DNA of 64,000 nucleotides, from assembly GCA_964014485.1 (NCBI GenBank), contig CAXHAT010000004.1:1-64000 (forward strand), given 5' to 3'. This document shows positions 8,254 to 17,810 of the stretch, piece after piece; within the stretch, counting starts at the first letter, position 1, and each line of letters opens with the position of its first letter. The position numbers and the translations under genes are program-made. The stretch is from an uncultured Deferribacteres bacterium. GTDB lineage: Bacteria; Zhuqueibacterota; Zhuqueibacteria; Zhuqueibacterales; Geothermadaptataceae. Under the pieces are notes generated by a model. That model saw only the letters and a program-made list of their open reading frames with translations. It ran no database searches and was not told where the DNA came from.

Positions 8254-10158
8254 TCATTCTGAACCGGCAAGTTTTTCGCTTTTGGATGCGGCCAGCCTCG
8301 TCGACTGCTCTACCTGATTCAATCGGGACTCCAGCCGAGCCAACATTTGCTGGTAATTGATCATTTGCGCTTGCTGATCTAACAGCAAGCGATCATAACG
8401 CGCCGCTTGTAATCTCTGTTCGTTGATGACGGTGCGATACTCGGCGATTTCCGCGCTCTGTTTGCTGATCGTTTGTTGATGCGACTCAACTTTCGCGTTC
8501 AGTTCTTGCACCGATTTCACCAGCGACGGCACAAATTCAGCGTAGCGCACGCCGTAAACATCTTTCTCATGCTTGGGCTTATCGACGCCGCTGAAATCAT
8601 AATCAACCGTCTCAGCCGCTTGCTCGACCTCCTGGGCGATAAAGCCGGTGTAGCGAAGCTGGTCTTTGTTCGTCTCCGGCGCCTTCGTTCCTTGAAATTG
8701 ATTTAAGGCTTGCGTGTCATAATTGTAGCTCACCGGACGCAATTCTTCGATGAAGATCAAGCCCGGGACGTCTTCCTGCACGTTCTTTTTGAATCGTCCG
8801 TCCGAAGTGGCCGTCCAGTTGACAATGCCGCCGATGGAAGAGATCGCACTATTGCCAAGATAGATTTCGTTGGCGACCGTCACGCTGGCCCCGTTGCCCA
8901 AAGCCATGGCATTGGCGGCGGAAACGCTGGCGCTTTTGCCGACTGCGGTTGAATTGTCGCCGGTGACCTTGGCCAAATGCCCGACGGCGACGGCGTTGGT
9001 GTTGTCGACGTCTGTTTGATAGCCCAAAGCCACTGCGTTGGTCGCGCTGACGTTGGTTTGATGACCGACAGCGACGGATTGATCCTGATCAACGCCGATG
9101 ACAGCGCCGTAGCCGATGGCGATGGCGTCATTCCCCTGGTTGAGTGCAGTTGAACCAATAACGATGGATTCATTTCTATCCACTTGGACAGTGTAACCGA
9201 TGGCCACGACGTCATCAGCGCCAATGCGCGCTTGCGAGCCTATAAATGTAGTGCGAGAGCGGTCTCTGTTCACGCCGTTCGCAAAATTGAAAAAATCAGC
9301 GCTAAAACCCATTCCGGTATTGTCGCCGCCGCTGCGTGCGTTCCAGCCAGCGTAAGCGCCGACGTAAGTGCTGTTATTGGCGTCCTGCCCGTTGACGCGG
9401 TTGTTATCATAGCCGGCATAGGCGCCAATGAAAGTGTTAAAATCAGCATGTTCGTTTGCAGCGCCGGAAGCCGCGCCAATAAAAGTATTGTAAAGCCCCT
9501 CGCCGTTGTCGATGCCGGCGGAATCGCCGACTGCGGTATTGTGATGAGCGTTCGTATTATTAGAACCTCCAAGATCGAACAGCGCTTCATTGCCGACGGC
9601 GGTGTTCCGAAAACCGGTCGTGTTTTGGCGCCCGGCCGCGTTGCCGAGAAAGGTATTGTCTGAGCCGGTCGTAGTGTTATACCCCCCGTCTTCACCCAAA
9701 AAGACGTTATCGCTGCCGGTCGTACTATGATAGCCGGCGTCTTCGCCAATAAAGACGACGTCTGTACCAGTGGTATGGTGGTAGCCGGCCATATTCCCGA
9801 TCATGACCACGTCTGATGCGTTGTTACCGTATCCAGCTCGCGCCCCAATAATAACGTTGTCAATGCCTGTCGTGCCGAATCGATTGGCCCATGAGCCAAT
9901 AATGGTGTTATCCGTATCATTATTAAGGCTAAATCCGGCGTTTTTACCAACAAAAGTGCCAAACCAACCGCTGGACATGGTCGTGCCGGCGGAATCGCCC
10001 AGAAAGGTGTTGTACATACCGGAGTTGACACTTCTGCCTGCGGCATATTGCGGATCGGCATGGTGTACGTTGCCATTCGGCGCCTGCGCCAGCAAGGCGC
10101 CGCTCAATCCGAGTGTGCAAGCAATTGTGAACAGAATTGAAAAGTAACGTTTTTTCAC
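8254..10158 (-). CDS. Secreted repetitive fibre protein with peptidase S74 chaperone (copy 3)
   Basis: GTG start with AAGGAGG RBS, signal peptide, fewer head repeats, same TSDGRFKKNV S74 domain. Confidence 0.85.
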   Translation of the reverse strand: MKKRYFSILFTIACTLGLSGALLAQAPNGNVHHADPQYAAGRSVNSGMYNTFLGDSAGTTMSSGWFGTFVGKNAGFSLNNDTDNTIIGSWANRFGTTGIDNVIIGARAGYGNNASDVVMIGNMAGYHHTTGTDVVFIGEDAGYHSTTGSDNVFLGEDGGYNTTTGSDNTFLGNAAGRQNTTGFRNTAVGNEALFDLGGSNNTNAHHNTAVGDSAGIDNGEGLYNTFIGAASGAANEHADFNTFIGAYAGYDNNRVNGQDANNSTYVGAYAGWNARSGGDNTGMGFSADFFNFANGVNRDRSRTTFIGSQARIGADDVVAIGYTVQVDRNESIVIGSTALNQGNDAIAIGYGAVIGVDQDQSVAVGHQTNVSATNAVALGYQTDVDNTNAVAVGHLAKVTGDNSTAVGKSASVSAANAMALGNGASVTVANEIYLGNSAISSIGGIVNWTATSDGRFKKNVQEDVPGLIFIEELRPVSYNYDTQALNQFQGTKAPETNKDQLRYTGFIAQEVEQAAETVDYDFSGVDKPKHEKDVYGVRYAEFVPSLVKSVQELNAKVESHQQTISKQSAEIAEYRTVINEQRLQAARYDRLLLDQQAQMINYQQMLARLESRLNQVEQSTRLAASKSEKLAGSE

Positions 10159-10757
10159 GGCAAAGCCTCCTTGTTTGCGATTCGTTGTTAAGCGGGCTTA
10201 ATCGTAGAAATCTTGCGTTCATGCAAGAAGCAGGAAAAATTTCGGGCGGAGAGAGCGGTTTTGGGCGCAAATCTCCTCTTCCTTTTTTGATTCAGGTTTT
10301 CATTGACGCATAGTTCAGTTTGCCCCTGCCAAGCCCCTTGGCAGTCATCTGGACTTATGGTCATTTCGCCTTCGATACAAATGAGAAAGAGAAGCAGGCC
10401 GCGTGGTTGGAGGACGCTCATTGTTTTAAGCGTCTTAAGCGGCAATCTTTCGTGCTCCGCGAAATGAGCAAAGATTGTATTGAAAAACTGAGGGAGAGCG
10501 CTGCGGTTCCAAAATCGTTTGCCTGAGAACTGCCAAAATACGGCGCGCTCAAAGAAAGAATACGGCAACGGCCGTATTTTGCAGACCAAGCCGCAAAAAT
10601 AATCTGCGAATTCTGCGCTGAAACGAATCTCCCCAATCATAGGCTAATCCTCCTGATAGTGCGGGAGCGACGGCGTGCTAAAAATTTCGCGAGCCGATCT
10701 TTCCTTGATTCGATTGTGCGGCGCTCGATAAAATGCTAACGTCTTTTGAGCAAGTTG

Positions 10758-12341
10758 TCAATCTCCAAAGACCAAATCAATATTAAGTTTCAATATCTCC
10801 ACAAATCTTCGCCATCGGAAAACGTCTCCGCACGTTATTAGGGTAAGTCGTTCATAATCGTCAGCAAGTTCTCGATCTACGATCATATTCCGTCCAAACG
10901 CCTTGGTCTGCACATAACCTTCGGGCAAATGCCGGAAATAGTGCCCAATTCGCCAGCCTGTTTTGGAAGGAAGTCCGAAGCGCCAGCCGGAGTTCAAGTC
11001 TGGTTTTAAGCGCGATAAAAAAGGATCGCCAAGCCCGAGATGATCGATCAGGTAAACTTTTGGCCCGCTAAAAAAACCGATAAATCCTGCATTGCCAACG
11101 ACTCGGACTGGCTGCTCTCGCCATTCTTCTCTGTACTTTTTACCCCGATTTTCGAAAAGATATTGGTTGTTGATCGGGCGTTTTTTTATCTCATCACTGA
11201 CGAGCAGACCGGTTCCCTGATAATACCAACCGCGCTCATCGGCAATACCCTTCTCGCTGATCGTCCGATTCTGAAAATCCCTTCCAGCCCTTAATGGACT
11301 GACAGGGTTCAGTAACCCAATAAGCAAAATCGTCACAAAAGTCGGCGGCGCTTTTTTCAGTGTGAGCGCGCTTGAAATTTGCATCACAAGAATAACAACC
11401 GCTGCACAAAACGGCGCAGCCAAAAACCGCCCGCTCATGAAGTCTCCGCCAATCGATAGAACGTAAAAAAGATAAAGCAGAACGCCTGAGAAAGCCGCCA
11501 GCGCGCGTTTTTCCCTTCGCATAAAAACCGCAATCCCGCAAATCAGAATCGCGAGCAAAGTCAGCGGATCGCGCGCAAGCGAATCCAGGAAATAATGCAA
11601 GCCCTGAACAATGAGCTCGTTGGTCGCAATGCCGCTGTTGAGCTTGGCGTAGGCGGTATTTGGAAAAAGGAAGCCGTAATAAATCAGCGCAAACGTCTCC
11701 CACAGAATAAACGGGATGAAACCGGCGAGCATGCTGACCATTCGGCGTTGACGTGATGATTTTCCAGGGTTCGAAAAAACTTGCCAGAGCAACGCGGGCG
11801 CAAAAAGCAAAATTGCGTCCATCCGTGTCGTTACCGCCAGAGCCGTGATCAGGCTAAGTCGAAACAGCTTGCGATTATCGTTCTGGCCGGTAAGAAATTG
11901 CAGGAAAAACAGGATAATAAAAAGATGCAGCAATGGATTTTCAAGGCCGGAAGTGGAAAAATCAACGAAGGCTTTTGACGAAAAAAGAAAGAGCGCGCCC
12001 AAGACCGCCGCGACGATATTTTTTCGCCCCGTTTTAAAGAAGAGAACGCCCGCGCCAGCCACAGCTACCAGCAGCGCCAAAATGATCGTCGAGTAATAAG
12101 CCTCGCGGGTAAAAAAATAGACCGCTGAGAGCATCAGCGTCCAGAGTGGGTTGGTGAAAGTTTGCACGCGCTCCGCAACGTTCCAACGAAGGCCGTGACC
12201 GTTGACGAAATTATCGACCGTGCGCAACGAAATGTAAGCGTCGTCGCAAATCCAGGCGGAGTTTAAGACAATTGCGGCGAAAAACGCTGTCAACAGAGCC
12301 GGGATAATGGTTGTCTTTGTTGGCCAAAAGTCATTCTTCAT
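10758..12341 (-). CDS. AftB-like GT-C glycosyltransferase (putative arabinofuranosyltransferase)
   Basis: WICDDAYISLRTVDN..ERVQ, SGLE, YYG..PNTAYAK, GGDFMSGR, GIADER and RIGH parallel mycobacterial AftB motifs as I recall them. Multi-pass membrane protein. Confidence 0.75.
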   Translation of the reverse strand: MKNDFWPTKTTIIPALLTAFFAAIVLNSAWICDDAYISLRTVDNFVNGHGLRWNVAERVQTFTNPLWTLMLSAVYFFTREAYYSTIILALLVAVAGAGVLFFKTGRKNIVAAVLGALFLFSSKAFVDFSTSGLENPLLHLFIILFFLQFLTGQNDNRKLFRLSLITALAVTTRMDAILLFAPALLWQVFSNPGKSSRQRRMVSMLAGFIPFILWETFALIYYGFLFPNTAYAKLNSGIATNELIVQGLHYFLDSLARDPLTLLAILICGIAVFMRREKRALAAFSGVLLYLFYVLSIGGDFMSGRFLAAPFCAAVVILVMQISSALTLKKAPPTFVTILLIGLLNPVSPLRAGRDFQNRTISEKGIADERGWYYQGTGLLVSDEIKKRPINNQYLFENRGKKYREEWREQPVRVVGNAGFIGFFSGPKVYLIDHLGLGDPFLSRLKPDLNSGWRFGLPSKTGWRIGHYFRHLPEGYVQTKAFGRNMIVDRELADDYERLTLITCGDVFRWRRFVEILKLNIDLVFGD

Positions 12342-12345
12342 ACTT

Positions 12346-13113
12346 TTACCGCCGTGTCGGGCCGTTTTGGCCAGCTTCATAAATCTCAAACTTCGTCAGC
12401 CCAAATCGTTGTAACAAAAATTTTAGCGACGTGCTTAGGACGCCAAATCCATACCGCACGCTCTGCCAAAAATCGGTTGATGACGCTTCCGGGAAATAGC
12501 GGGTGGGGCAAGTGATTTCGGCGATTTCGTAACCGGCGTAAAAGATCTGCGCCAGAAGCTGGTTGTCAAACACAAAACTGTCGGCGTTCGCTTCGAAATT
12601 CACGCGTTCAAGGATTTCGCGGGAAAAAGCCCGATAGCCGGTGTGATATTCGGAAAGTTTCTGAGACATGAGAAGATTTTGGATGAGCGTCAACGCGCGA
12701 TTGGCAAAATATTTATAACGCGGCATTCCACCTTTGACCGCTCCTTTCCCCAAAATCCGCGATCCCAAAACCACCTGATAAACGTCGGCGGCGATCAAGT
12801 GCACCATCGAAGGAATCAACTTTGGCGTGTATTGATAATCCGGATGCATCATCACCACAATATCCGCTCCCAGACGCAGGGCTTCCCGATAGCACGTCTT
12901 CTGATTTCCGCCGTATCCCTTGTTTTCCTCATGCCGAAAAACATGCTTGATTCCCAGCGTTTTAGCAACTGTCACTGTATCGTCACGACTGAAATCATCG
13001 ACCAGAATAATATCGTCGACAAGATCGAAAGGAATTTCATGATACGTTTTTTCCAGCGTGCGGGCGGCATTGTAGGCCGGCATAATGACAATTATTTTCT
13101 TATTCTTTAGCAT
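12346..13113 (-). CDS. GT2 glycosyltransferase (polyprenol-phosphate sugar synthase-like)
   Basis: MPAYNA, VDDFSRD, NKGYG and GSR motifs. Confidence 0.9.
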   Translation of the reverse strand: MLKNKKIIVIMPAYNAARTLEKTYHEIPFDLVDDIILVDDFSRDDTVTVAKTLGIKHVFRHEENKGYGGNQKTCYREALRLGADIVVMMHPDYQYTPKLIPSMVHLIAADVYQVVLGSRILGKGAVKGGMPRYKYFANRALTLIQNLLMSQKLSEYHTGYRAFSREILERVNFEANADSFVFDNQLLAQIFYAGYEIAEITCPTRYFPEASSTDFWQSVRYGFGVLSTSLKFLLQRFGLTKFEIYEAGQNGPTRR

Positions 13114-13197
13114 CTGGCGACGGGAAATCGGTGGTGATTGTCAAATGAAAAACGTTCTGAACTTCTCAGTTTCTCAATCGCGTTTGCGGTTTGATCA

Positions 13198-13296
13198 GGA
13201 AGTAATTTCGGAGTCAAACGCCAAAGCATTTGAGCATGGTCTGCCGCGATTGGCGACGATAAATCGCCGCACTCCGAAAATAGTCGCTCAGAAGCG
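13198..13296. repeat. Dispersed repeat family A
   Basis: CGGAGTCAAACG..GCATTTG..GGCGACGAT..ATCG(C/T)CGCACTCCGAAAA..CTCAGAAGCG, shared with 17520-17616. Confidence 0.7.
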
Positions 13297-15207
13297 CAGC
13301 GAATTCAAGTATTCATCACCTACGGGATAGCCGAGTTCGCGCGCTCGCAAAGCGTCTTTCTGAGCCAGGTCAAATTGCTTTAAATCAAAATAACCAATTG
13401 AGCGCCAATAGTAAGCTTCAGCATAACCGGGGTTCAGTTCAATCGCTTGACCAAAATCCGCCAGCGCTTTGACATGCTGATTCATCACGCCGAATAGAAA
13501 TCCGCGATCTTTGTAATAGATTGGTTGTTTCGGGTCCAGCTCAATCGCTCGATTAAAATCAAAAAGCGCCTGCTGTAAGTTTTCGAGGCGTTGGTGCGCC
13601 AGCCCTCGATTGGCGTAATTGGCGGCCGTTCCAGGGGCCAGTTCGACGGCTTGCTCAAAATCATCAAGCGCCTTTTGGTACTGTTTCGCAGTGAAGTAAA
13701 CCAGGCCGCGATTGGCGTAACCGAATACAAAATCAGGCTTTATCGTAATCGATTGGCCAAAATCGGCCAAAGCCAGATCATACTTTTTTGCCTGCAAATA
13801 GAGAAAACCGCGATTGTTGTAGCCTTCATAAAAATCAGGGTTCAATCGAATGCTTTCACTGTAATCCGCGATTGCCTGGTCAGTGTTTCCCTGCTCCGTA
13901 AACCAGGACGCGCGCCCGCGGTAGCTGAAGTAATGCGTCGGATATTTCTCAATGACATCCGTCCAAAGCGTTTCGCCGTTTTGCCAAACCGCGCCGCGCT
14001 GAAAAGTGACAATGCTTATGATTCCGAGATAGACAATGATTGCAAGGCAAACAACTTTTCGAACCCCCTTCTTTCCCGCCGGAATTTTTTCCAGCACTCT
14101 CGCTCCGCCAACGACTAAAACAAAAAAAAGCCCGACGTAGGAAAGATAAGTGTACCGCTCGGCGATAATCGCTTCGCCAATCGGCAAAAATTGCAAAACC
14201 GGCGCGATCACGATCAAGAATAACATCACCCCAAAAATGAGAGCGGGAAAACCTTTTCTAAACCGAAAACAAAAGTAGAACAGCACAAGAACCGGCAAAA
14301 TTGCGCTATAAAAATACCAGGGTTGCGATTGTTCGGAAAGGACGGGATAAGGATGAAACGCTGAAAGTTGGAATGGAATCAGCGTTTTTATGAAGTAAAC
14401 CGCCAAACCATAAAAACCGGCAAAAAAAGCTTCGAAATAATTGATGGCTTGAAAATCTTCCATCGCCTTGCCAGACTGCTGGCCGGCGACGGCGACAATG
14501 CCGAAAATGATACTGAGTACAAAGAAGGGCGTTTTTTCTAACAACCTTCTCCCCCACTGTTCCCGCTTAAACCAATAATCAATCGCTAACATCGCTACAG
14601 GGAGTGTCATCGCCACGCCTTTGGAGAGCAGCGCGAACAAGAACGAAACGAGGCATAATGCAAAAAGCCGTCGCCGACCATCATCGTTCTTTAGAAACTT
14701 TAAATAAGTGATCAAACTCGCCAAATAGAAGAAGGCGCATAACAAATCTTTGCGCGAAGAAATCCAGGCGACGGGTCCAAGATGCATTGGATGAATGCCA
14801 AACAAAAGCGCCGTCAATGCCGCGATTTTTGCTCGACCGCACAAAAGATAGATAAACCAAAAAACCAATGCTGTATTCGCCAGGTGTAGTATTAGATTTA
14901 CTGCATGAAAAAATTGAGGGTTTGGGCCGGCGATGGAATAGTCAACCGCCCATGAAAGGAGTGTAAGCGGGTGGTAAGCGCCCTGCACCTGTAATGTCGT
15001 AAACATGTCAACGATTGCATCCCATGACAGGGAATGCACGAGCGCGTTGTTGACGACATACCCCGGATCATCCCAGTTCACCCAGCCGTTTTCAAGCGTC
15101 GGTGACATAACGATGAGCGTCAATACCAGAACCGGAAAAAGCTGGCGGAGCGCTTCCGGCGTCAGGATGTTTACAGTCTTTTGGGTGTTTGTGTTCTCTT
15201 TTCGCAA
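13288..15207 (-). CDS. TMTC-like GT-C (putative protein O-mannosyltransferase) with C-terminal TPRs
   Basis: WDD in first loop, YHPLT, FHAVNLILH, HP..VAWISSRKD and AERYTYL, then TPRs. Confidence 0.85.
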   Translation of the reverse strand: MRKENTNTQKTVNILTPEALRQLFPVLVLTLIVMSPTLENGWVNWDDPGYVVNNALVHSLSWDAIVDMFTTLQVQGAYHPLTLLSWAVDYSIAGPNPQFFHAVNLILHLANTALVFWFIYLLCGRAKIAALTALLFGIHPMHLGPVAWISSRKDLLCAFFYLASLITYLKFLKNDDGRRRLFALCLVSFLFALLSKGVAMTLPVAMLAIDYWFKREQWGRRLLEKTPFFVLSIIFGIVAVAGQQSGKAMEDFQAINYFEAFFAGFYGLAVYFIKTLIPFQLSAFHPYPVLSEQSQPWYFYSAILPVLVLFYFCFRFRKGFPALIFGVMLFLIVIAPVLQFLPIGEAIIAERYTYLSYVGLFFVLVVGGARVLEKIPAGKKGVRKVVCLAIIVYLGIISIVTFQRGAVWQNGETLWTDVIEKYPTHYFSYRGRASWFTEQGNTDQAIADYSESIRLNPDFYEGYNNRGFLYLQAKKYDLALADFGQSITIKPDFVFGYANRGLVYFTAKQYQKALDDFEQAVELAPGTAANYANRGLAHQRLENLQQALFDFNRAIELDPKQPIYYKDRGFLFGVMNQHVKALADFGQAIELNPGYAEAYYWRSIGYFDLKQFDLAQKDALRARELGYPVGDEYLNSLRF

Positions 15208-15276
15208 AATGACATCGGTTTTTCAGATTCAAGGCACATTGATTGACAAATGCCAGAATGATCTCAACTTGAGAGC

Positions 15277-15445
15277 GGCCTGTTCGCCTCGTGCAAACAG
15301 GAATTTCAGTTCTTCTACATTCACATTTTTTCCAGGCGCCAGTGACCGTTCGGCTCTGTTCGTCGTCGGGAAAGCCGGCAAGATATGTTTTGCAGAGTTT
15401 CTCCGCGTCAGCGCAGAGCCCGGCTTCTATCGCGCAATGAATGCC
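15277..15445 (-). pseudogene. Decayed 3' remnant of a paralogue of 15478..17478
   Basis: GIHCAIEAGLCADAEKLCKTYLAGFPDDEQSRTV vs AIHCAIEAGLGVEALKHCEDYLSRWPENNLIRTV (18/34 identical). Similarity continues after two frameshifts. Confidence 0.7.
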
Positions 15446-15477
15446 GAAAGGAAGCGTCCCTGCCGATAGATGCAAAT

Positions 15478-17478
15478 TTACCCTTGAAGCCCTTGAGCAA
15501 AATGCCGTTTGATCTGGCTTGTGTCAACGCCGTCTGTAAGTTCGCGGTGAACGGTTCGAATCAAATTGTTCTCCGGCCAGCGCGAGAGATAATCTTCACA
15601 ATGTTTTAACGCTTCAACGCCCAAGCCCGCTTCGATCGCGCAGTGGATCGCAATACGCAATGATTTTTCGGGATTGGCGTTTAGTTGCAGCAGCCTCAGA
15701 CTCTGAGCGTACGCCCGATCAAATCGTTTTGCCAGAAAATGCGTTTCGACGAGCAATACAATGTTTTCGACGTTTGCCGGCGCATACGAATCGGCTTCAT
15801 TCGCAAAACGCAGCGCTTCGGCAATGTTTTTTTCGCCGCGCAACTGATAAAGCGCAATGCTGTGCAAAAGTGCGGCATACTCAACGTCGCCGCCAGGATT
15901 GGCGTATGGTCTTAGCGTTTCCGCCGCTTTCGTGTACCGCTGCAATTTAAGCGCGTTGTCTTCGGGCAGAAGCTCTACGCCGAATTGAATCCCAGCCGTG
16001 GCGCGAATCCAGTAAGTCTCGAATGTGCGCAAACCGAGGCTTTCCAGTCGATAAGACAAAGGCTCTTTTAGAACATTGACCGGAAAAATCGGCGCTGTCC
16101 AAAGTGTAATCGCCAGGCTGGGGGCGAGCAGTTTTTTGGAAAATTCGACATCCTTGATCTGGGAAAATACCGCGACAAGAAAAGCGAGCAGAATCGGCGC
16201 AGGGAGTGAATACAAATCCCAGTCGAACTGCATGCCCAGCAAGGGGTTAATCATGAAAAACAACGACGCGTATAAAATCAGCGAAACGCCGCTCACTAAA
16301 ACCGGCGGCGCGTTCCAGTTGATTTGTTTTCTTTTGTAAATTACGACAGTCAGCAGGAACAGCGCCGCCGGAGACCATAGCATAAGAACATTTAAATAAT
16401 CAAAAACGTGGTTGAATCCGAGCAGCGTATAGCGGTCGTAGGGCGGCTCCGGTGATAGAATTGGCAGGAACATGCGCTCGTGGATGGTGAAATTTGTAAA
16501 GAAAAAACGCGGGTCGTTGTAGTCCTGGTAGTAGAAAAAATACATCCCCGCGCCGACAACAAAAATAGGCGCGAGAACCAGCAAAGCGACCTTTTTCCAA
16601 TTGAAGTATTTCTCGAGATTCAGACGATCTTTGAAGCTGTGATAAACAAGTGTTAGTACAAAAGCCGGGAGCAGCATGAACGCTGAAGAGTGGACTTTTA
16701 GGCAGAAATAAAGCAGCAAGGCCGCCAACCAAAGGTAACGCGCTTTCTGTGTTTTGAAATAGACGAACAGAGTGAAAAACCAGGCGGTCAGCAAGGCAAT
16801 CGAAGGCGCGTAGATTTCGACGTGTCCCATGAAAAGGACAAGAAAGGGCGCAGTCAATCCGACGACGCCGAAAATGATTCTGGCGGTGTTGTCCTTCACC
16901 ATTTTAACGACCATCGAAAGCCACAAAAAAGTGTAAATTGCTCCCGAAGCAGCGCCAATAATCTGGAACGCTTCCCGATGCGTCAGGCCAAATTTCCAAG
17001 ACATGAAGAGCGCCGTCCCGAGCACGGATCGCTCGCCGTTACGCGGATGCAGGAAATTGAAAGAGAACAAATGGTCGAGGTAAATGTCCGGCCGCTCAGT
17101 CGTACGTTCGCCAAAAGCGTTGTAAATACGCACAGCGTCGCCGTAAAAATCCGCATAAATTGGGAAGCTATAAAAAAGCCACGCCATCATCACGGCGGCG
17201 CCGGCAAGCAAGGCGTAGGTCAGGCCGGGATTCCACGATTTCTTCACAACCAGGAAATCTTGTTTTGGCGACCAATATTGCGGCAGAAAAAAAAGTAAAA
17301 CGCCCCCGGCAATAAATACGATTTGCAAAGACGTTGGCAAAAAGGCTGTTGCGTGGATTCCCCACCACGCATTCGGAAACAGCACGCCCAAAATAAAGAG
17401 CGTCAAAAAGCATCCGCCGGAAATCAGGATTGCCGACGAGAAAGAACGTAGGTTCATCAATTTACAATTCCATTTCAT
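15478..17478 (-). CDS. Polytopic membrane protein with C-terminal TPR-like region, possible GT-C fold
   Basis: Many TM helices, acidic DFYGDA loop, HVEIY and FDWDLY motifs, helical C-terminus. Confidence 0.6.
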   Translation of the reverse strand: MKWNCKLMNLRSFSSAILISGGCFLTLFILGVLFPNAWWGIHATAFLPTSLQIVFIAGGVLLFFLPQYWSPKQDFLVVKKSWNPGLTYALLAGAAVMMAWLFYSFPIYADFYGDAVRIYNAFGERTTERPDIYLDHLFSFNFLHPRNGERSVLGTALFMSWKFGLTHREAFQIIGAASGAIYTFLWLSMVVKMVKDNTARIIFGVVGLTAPFLVLFMGHVEIYAPSIALLTAWFFTLFVYFKTQKARYLWLAALLLYFCLKVHSSAFMLLPAFVLTLVYHSFKDRLNLEKYFNWKKVALLVLAPIFVVGAGMYFFYYQDYNDPRFFFTNFTIHERMFLPILSPEPPYDRYTLLGFNHVFDYLNVLMLWSPAALFLLTVVIYKRKQINWNAPPVLVSGVSLILYASLFFMINPLLGMQFDWDLYSLPAPILLAFLVAVFSQIKDVEFSKKLLAPSLAITLWTAPIFPVNVLKEPLSYRLESLGLRTFETYWIRATAGIQFGVELLPEDNALKLQRYTKAAETLRPYANPGGDVEYAALLHSIALYQLRGEKNIAEALRFANEADSYAPANVENIVLLVETHFLAKRFDRAYAQSLRLLQLNANPEKSLRIAIHCAIEAGLGVEALKHCEDYLSRWPENNLIRTVHRELTDGVDTSQIKRHFAQGLQG

Positions 17479-17519
17479 TATCTATTCAGCTAACCAACCA
17501 CGCTTGATGTCTTGATGAA

Positions 17520-17616
17520 GGAGTAATTCGGAGTCAAACGTTTCAGCATTTGGGGGCAGTCCGCCGTCACAGGCGACGATGGATCGTCGCACTCCGAAAA
17601 GAGTTACTCAGAAGCG
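17520..17616. repeat. Dispersed repeat family A
   Basis: Matches 13198-13296. Internal hairpin GCGACGATGGATCGTCGC. Confidence 0.7.
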
Positions 17617-17690
17617 GCCGCCCACGCTTGCGGTCTTGAGCGAAAAAACAACTCCGGAGTCAAACACTTCAGCGTTTGCTTCGGAAAGTA

Positions 17691-17810
17691 GGGGCTGTCT
17701 TAAAACATAAAATCTTTAAAACGCTACACAACATGTTGTAGGGGTTCAAGATTTTGAACCCCTACCTGCGGCATATCTTTTATTCAGAAGCTATGCTTTT
17801 GGACAGTCGC
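17691..17810. mobile_element. ~120-bp MITE family B with central GTAG palindrome
   Basis: Ends GGCTGTCTTAAAACAT and TGCTTTTGGACAGTC, core GTAGGGGTTCAAGATTTTGAACCCCTAC. Colinear with 20331-20450. Confidence 0.8.

Noticed and set aside
3760..8925. Diversity-generating retroelement TR/VR pair
   Set aside because: No reverse transcriptase in the window, all copies lie in intact genes, and mismatches look mostly synonymous rather than adenine-specific.
3512..10158. Prophage or tailocin tail-fibre module
   Set aside because: No capsid, tail tube/sheath, baseplate, integrase or lysis genes, and the proteins carry Sec signal peptides.
3512..10158. Classical trimeric autotransporter adhesins
   Set aside because: Head-like repeats are present, but the C-termini are S74 plus coiled coil with no beta-barrel anchor or terminal aromatic residue.
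15092..15475. Intact 127-aa gene
   Set aside because: Only 34 codons are homologous in frame. The rest is frameshifted and overlaps the TMTC-like gene.
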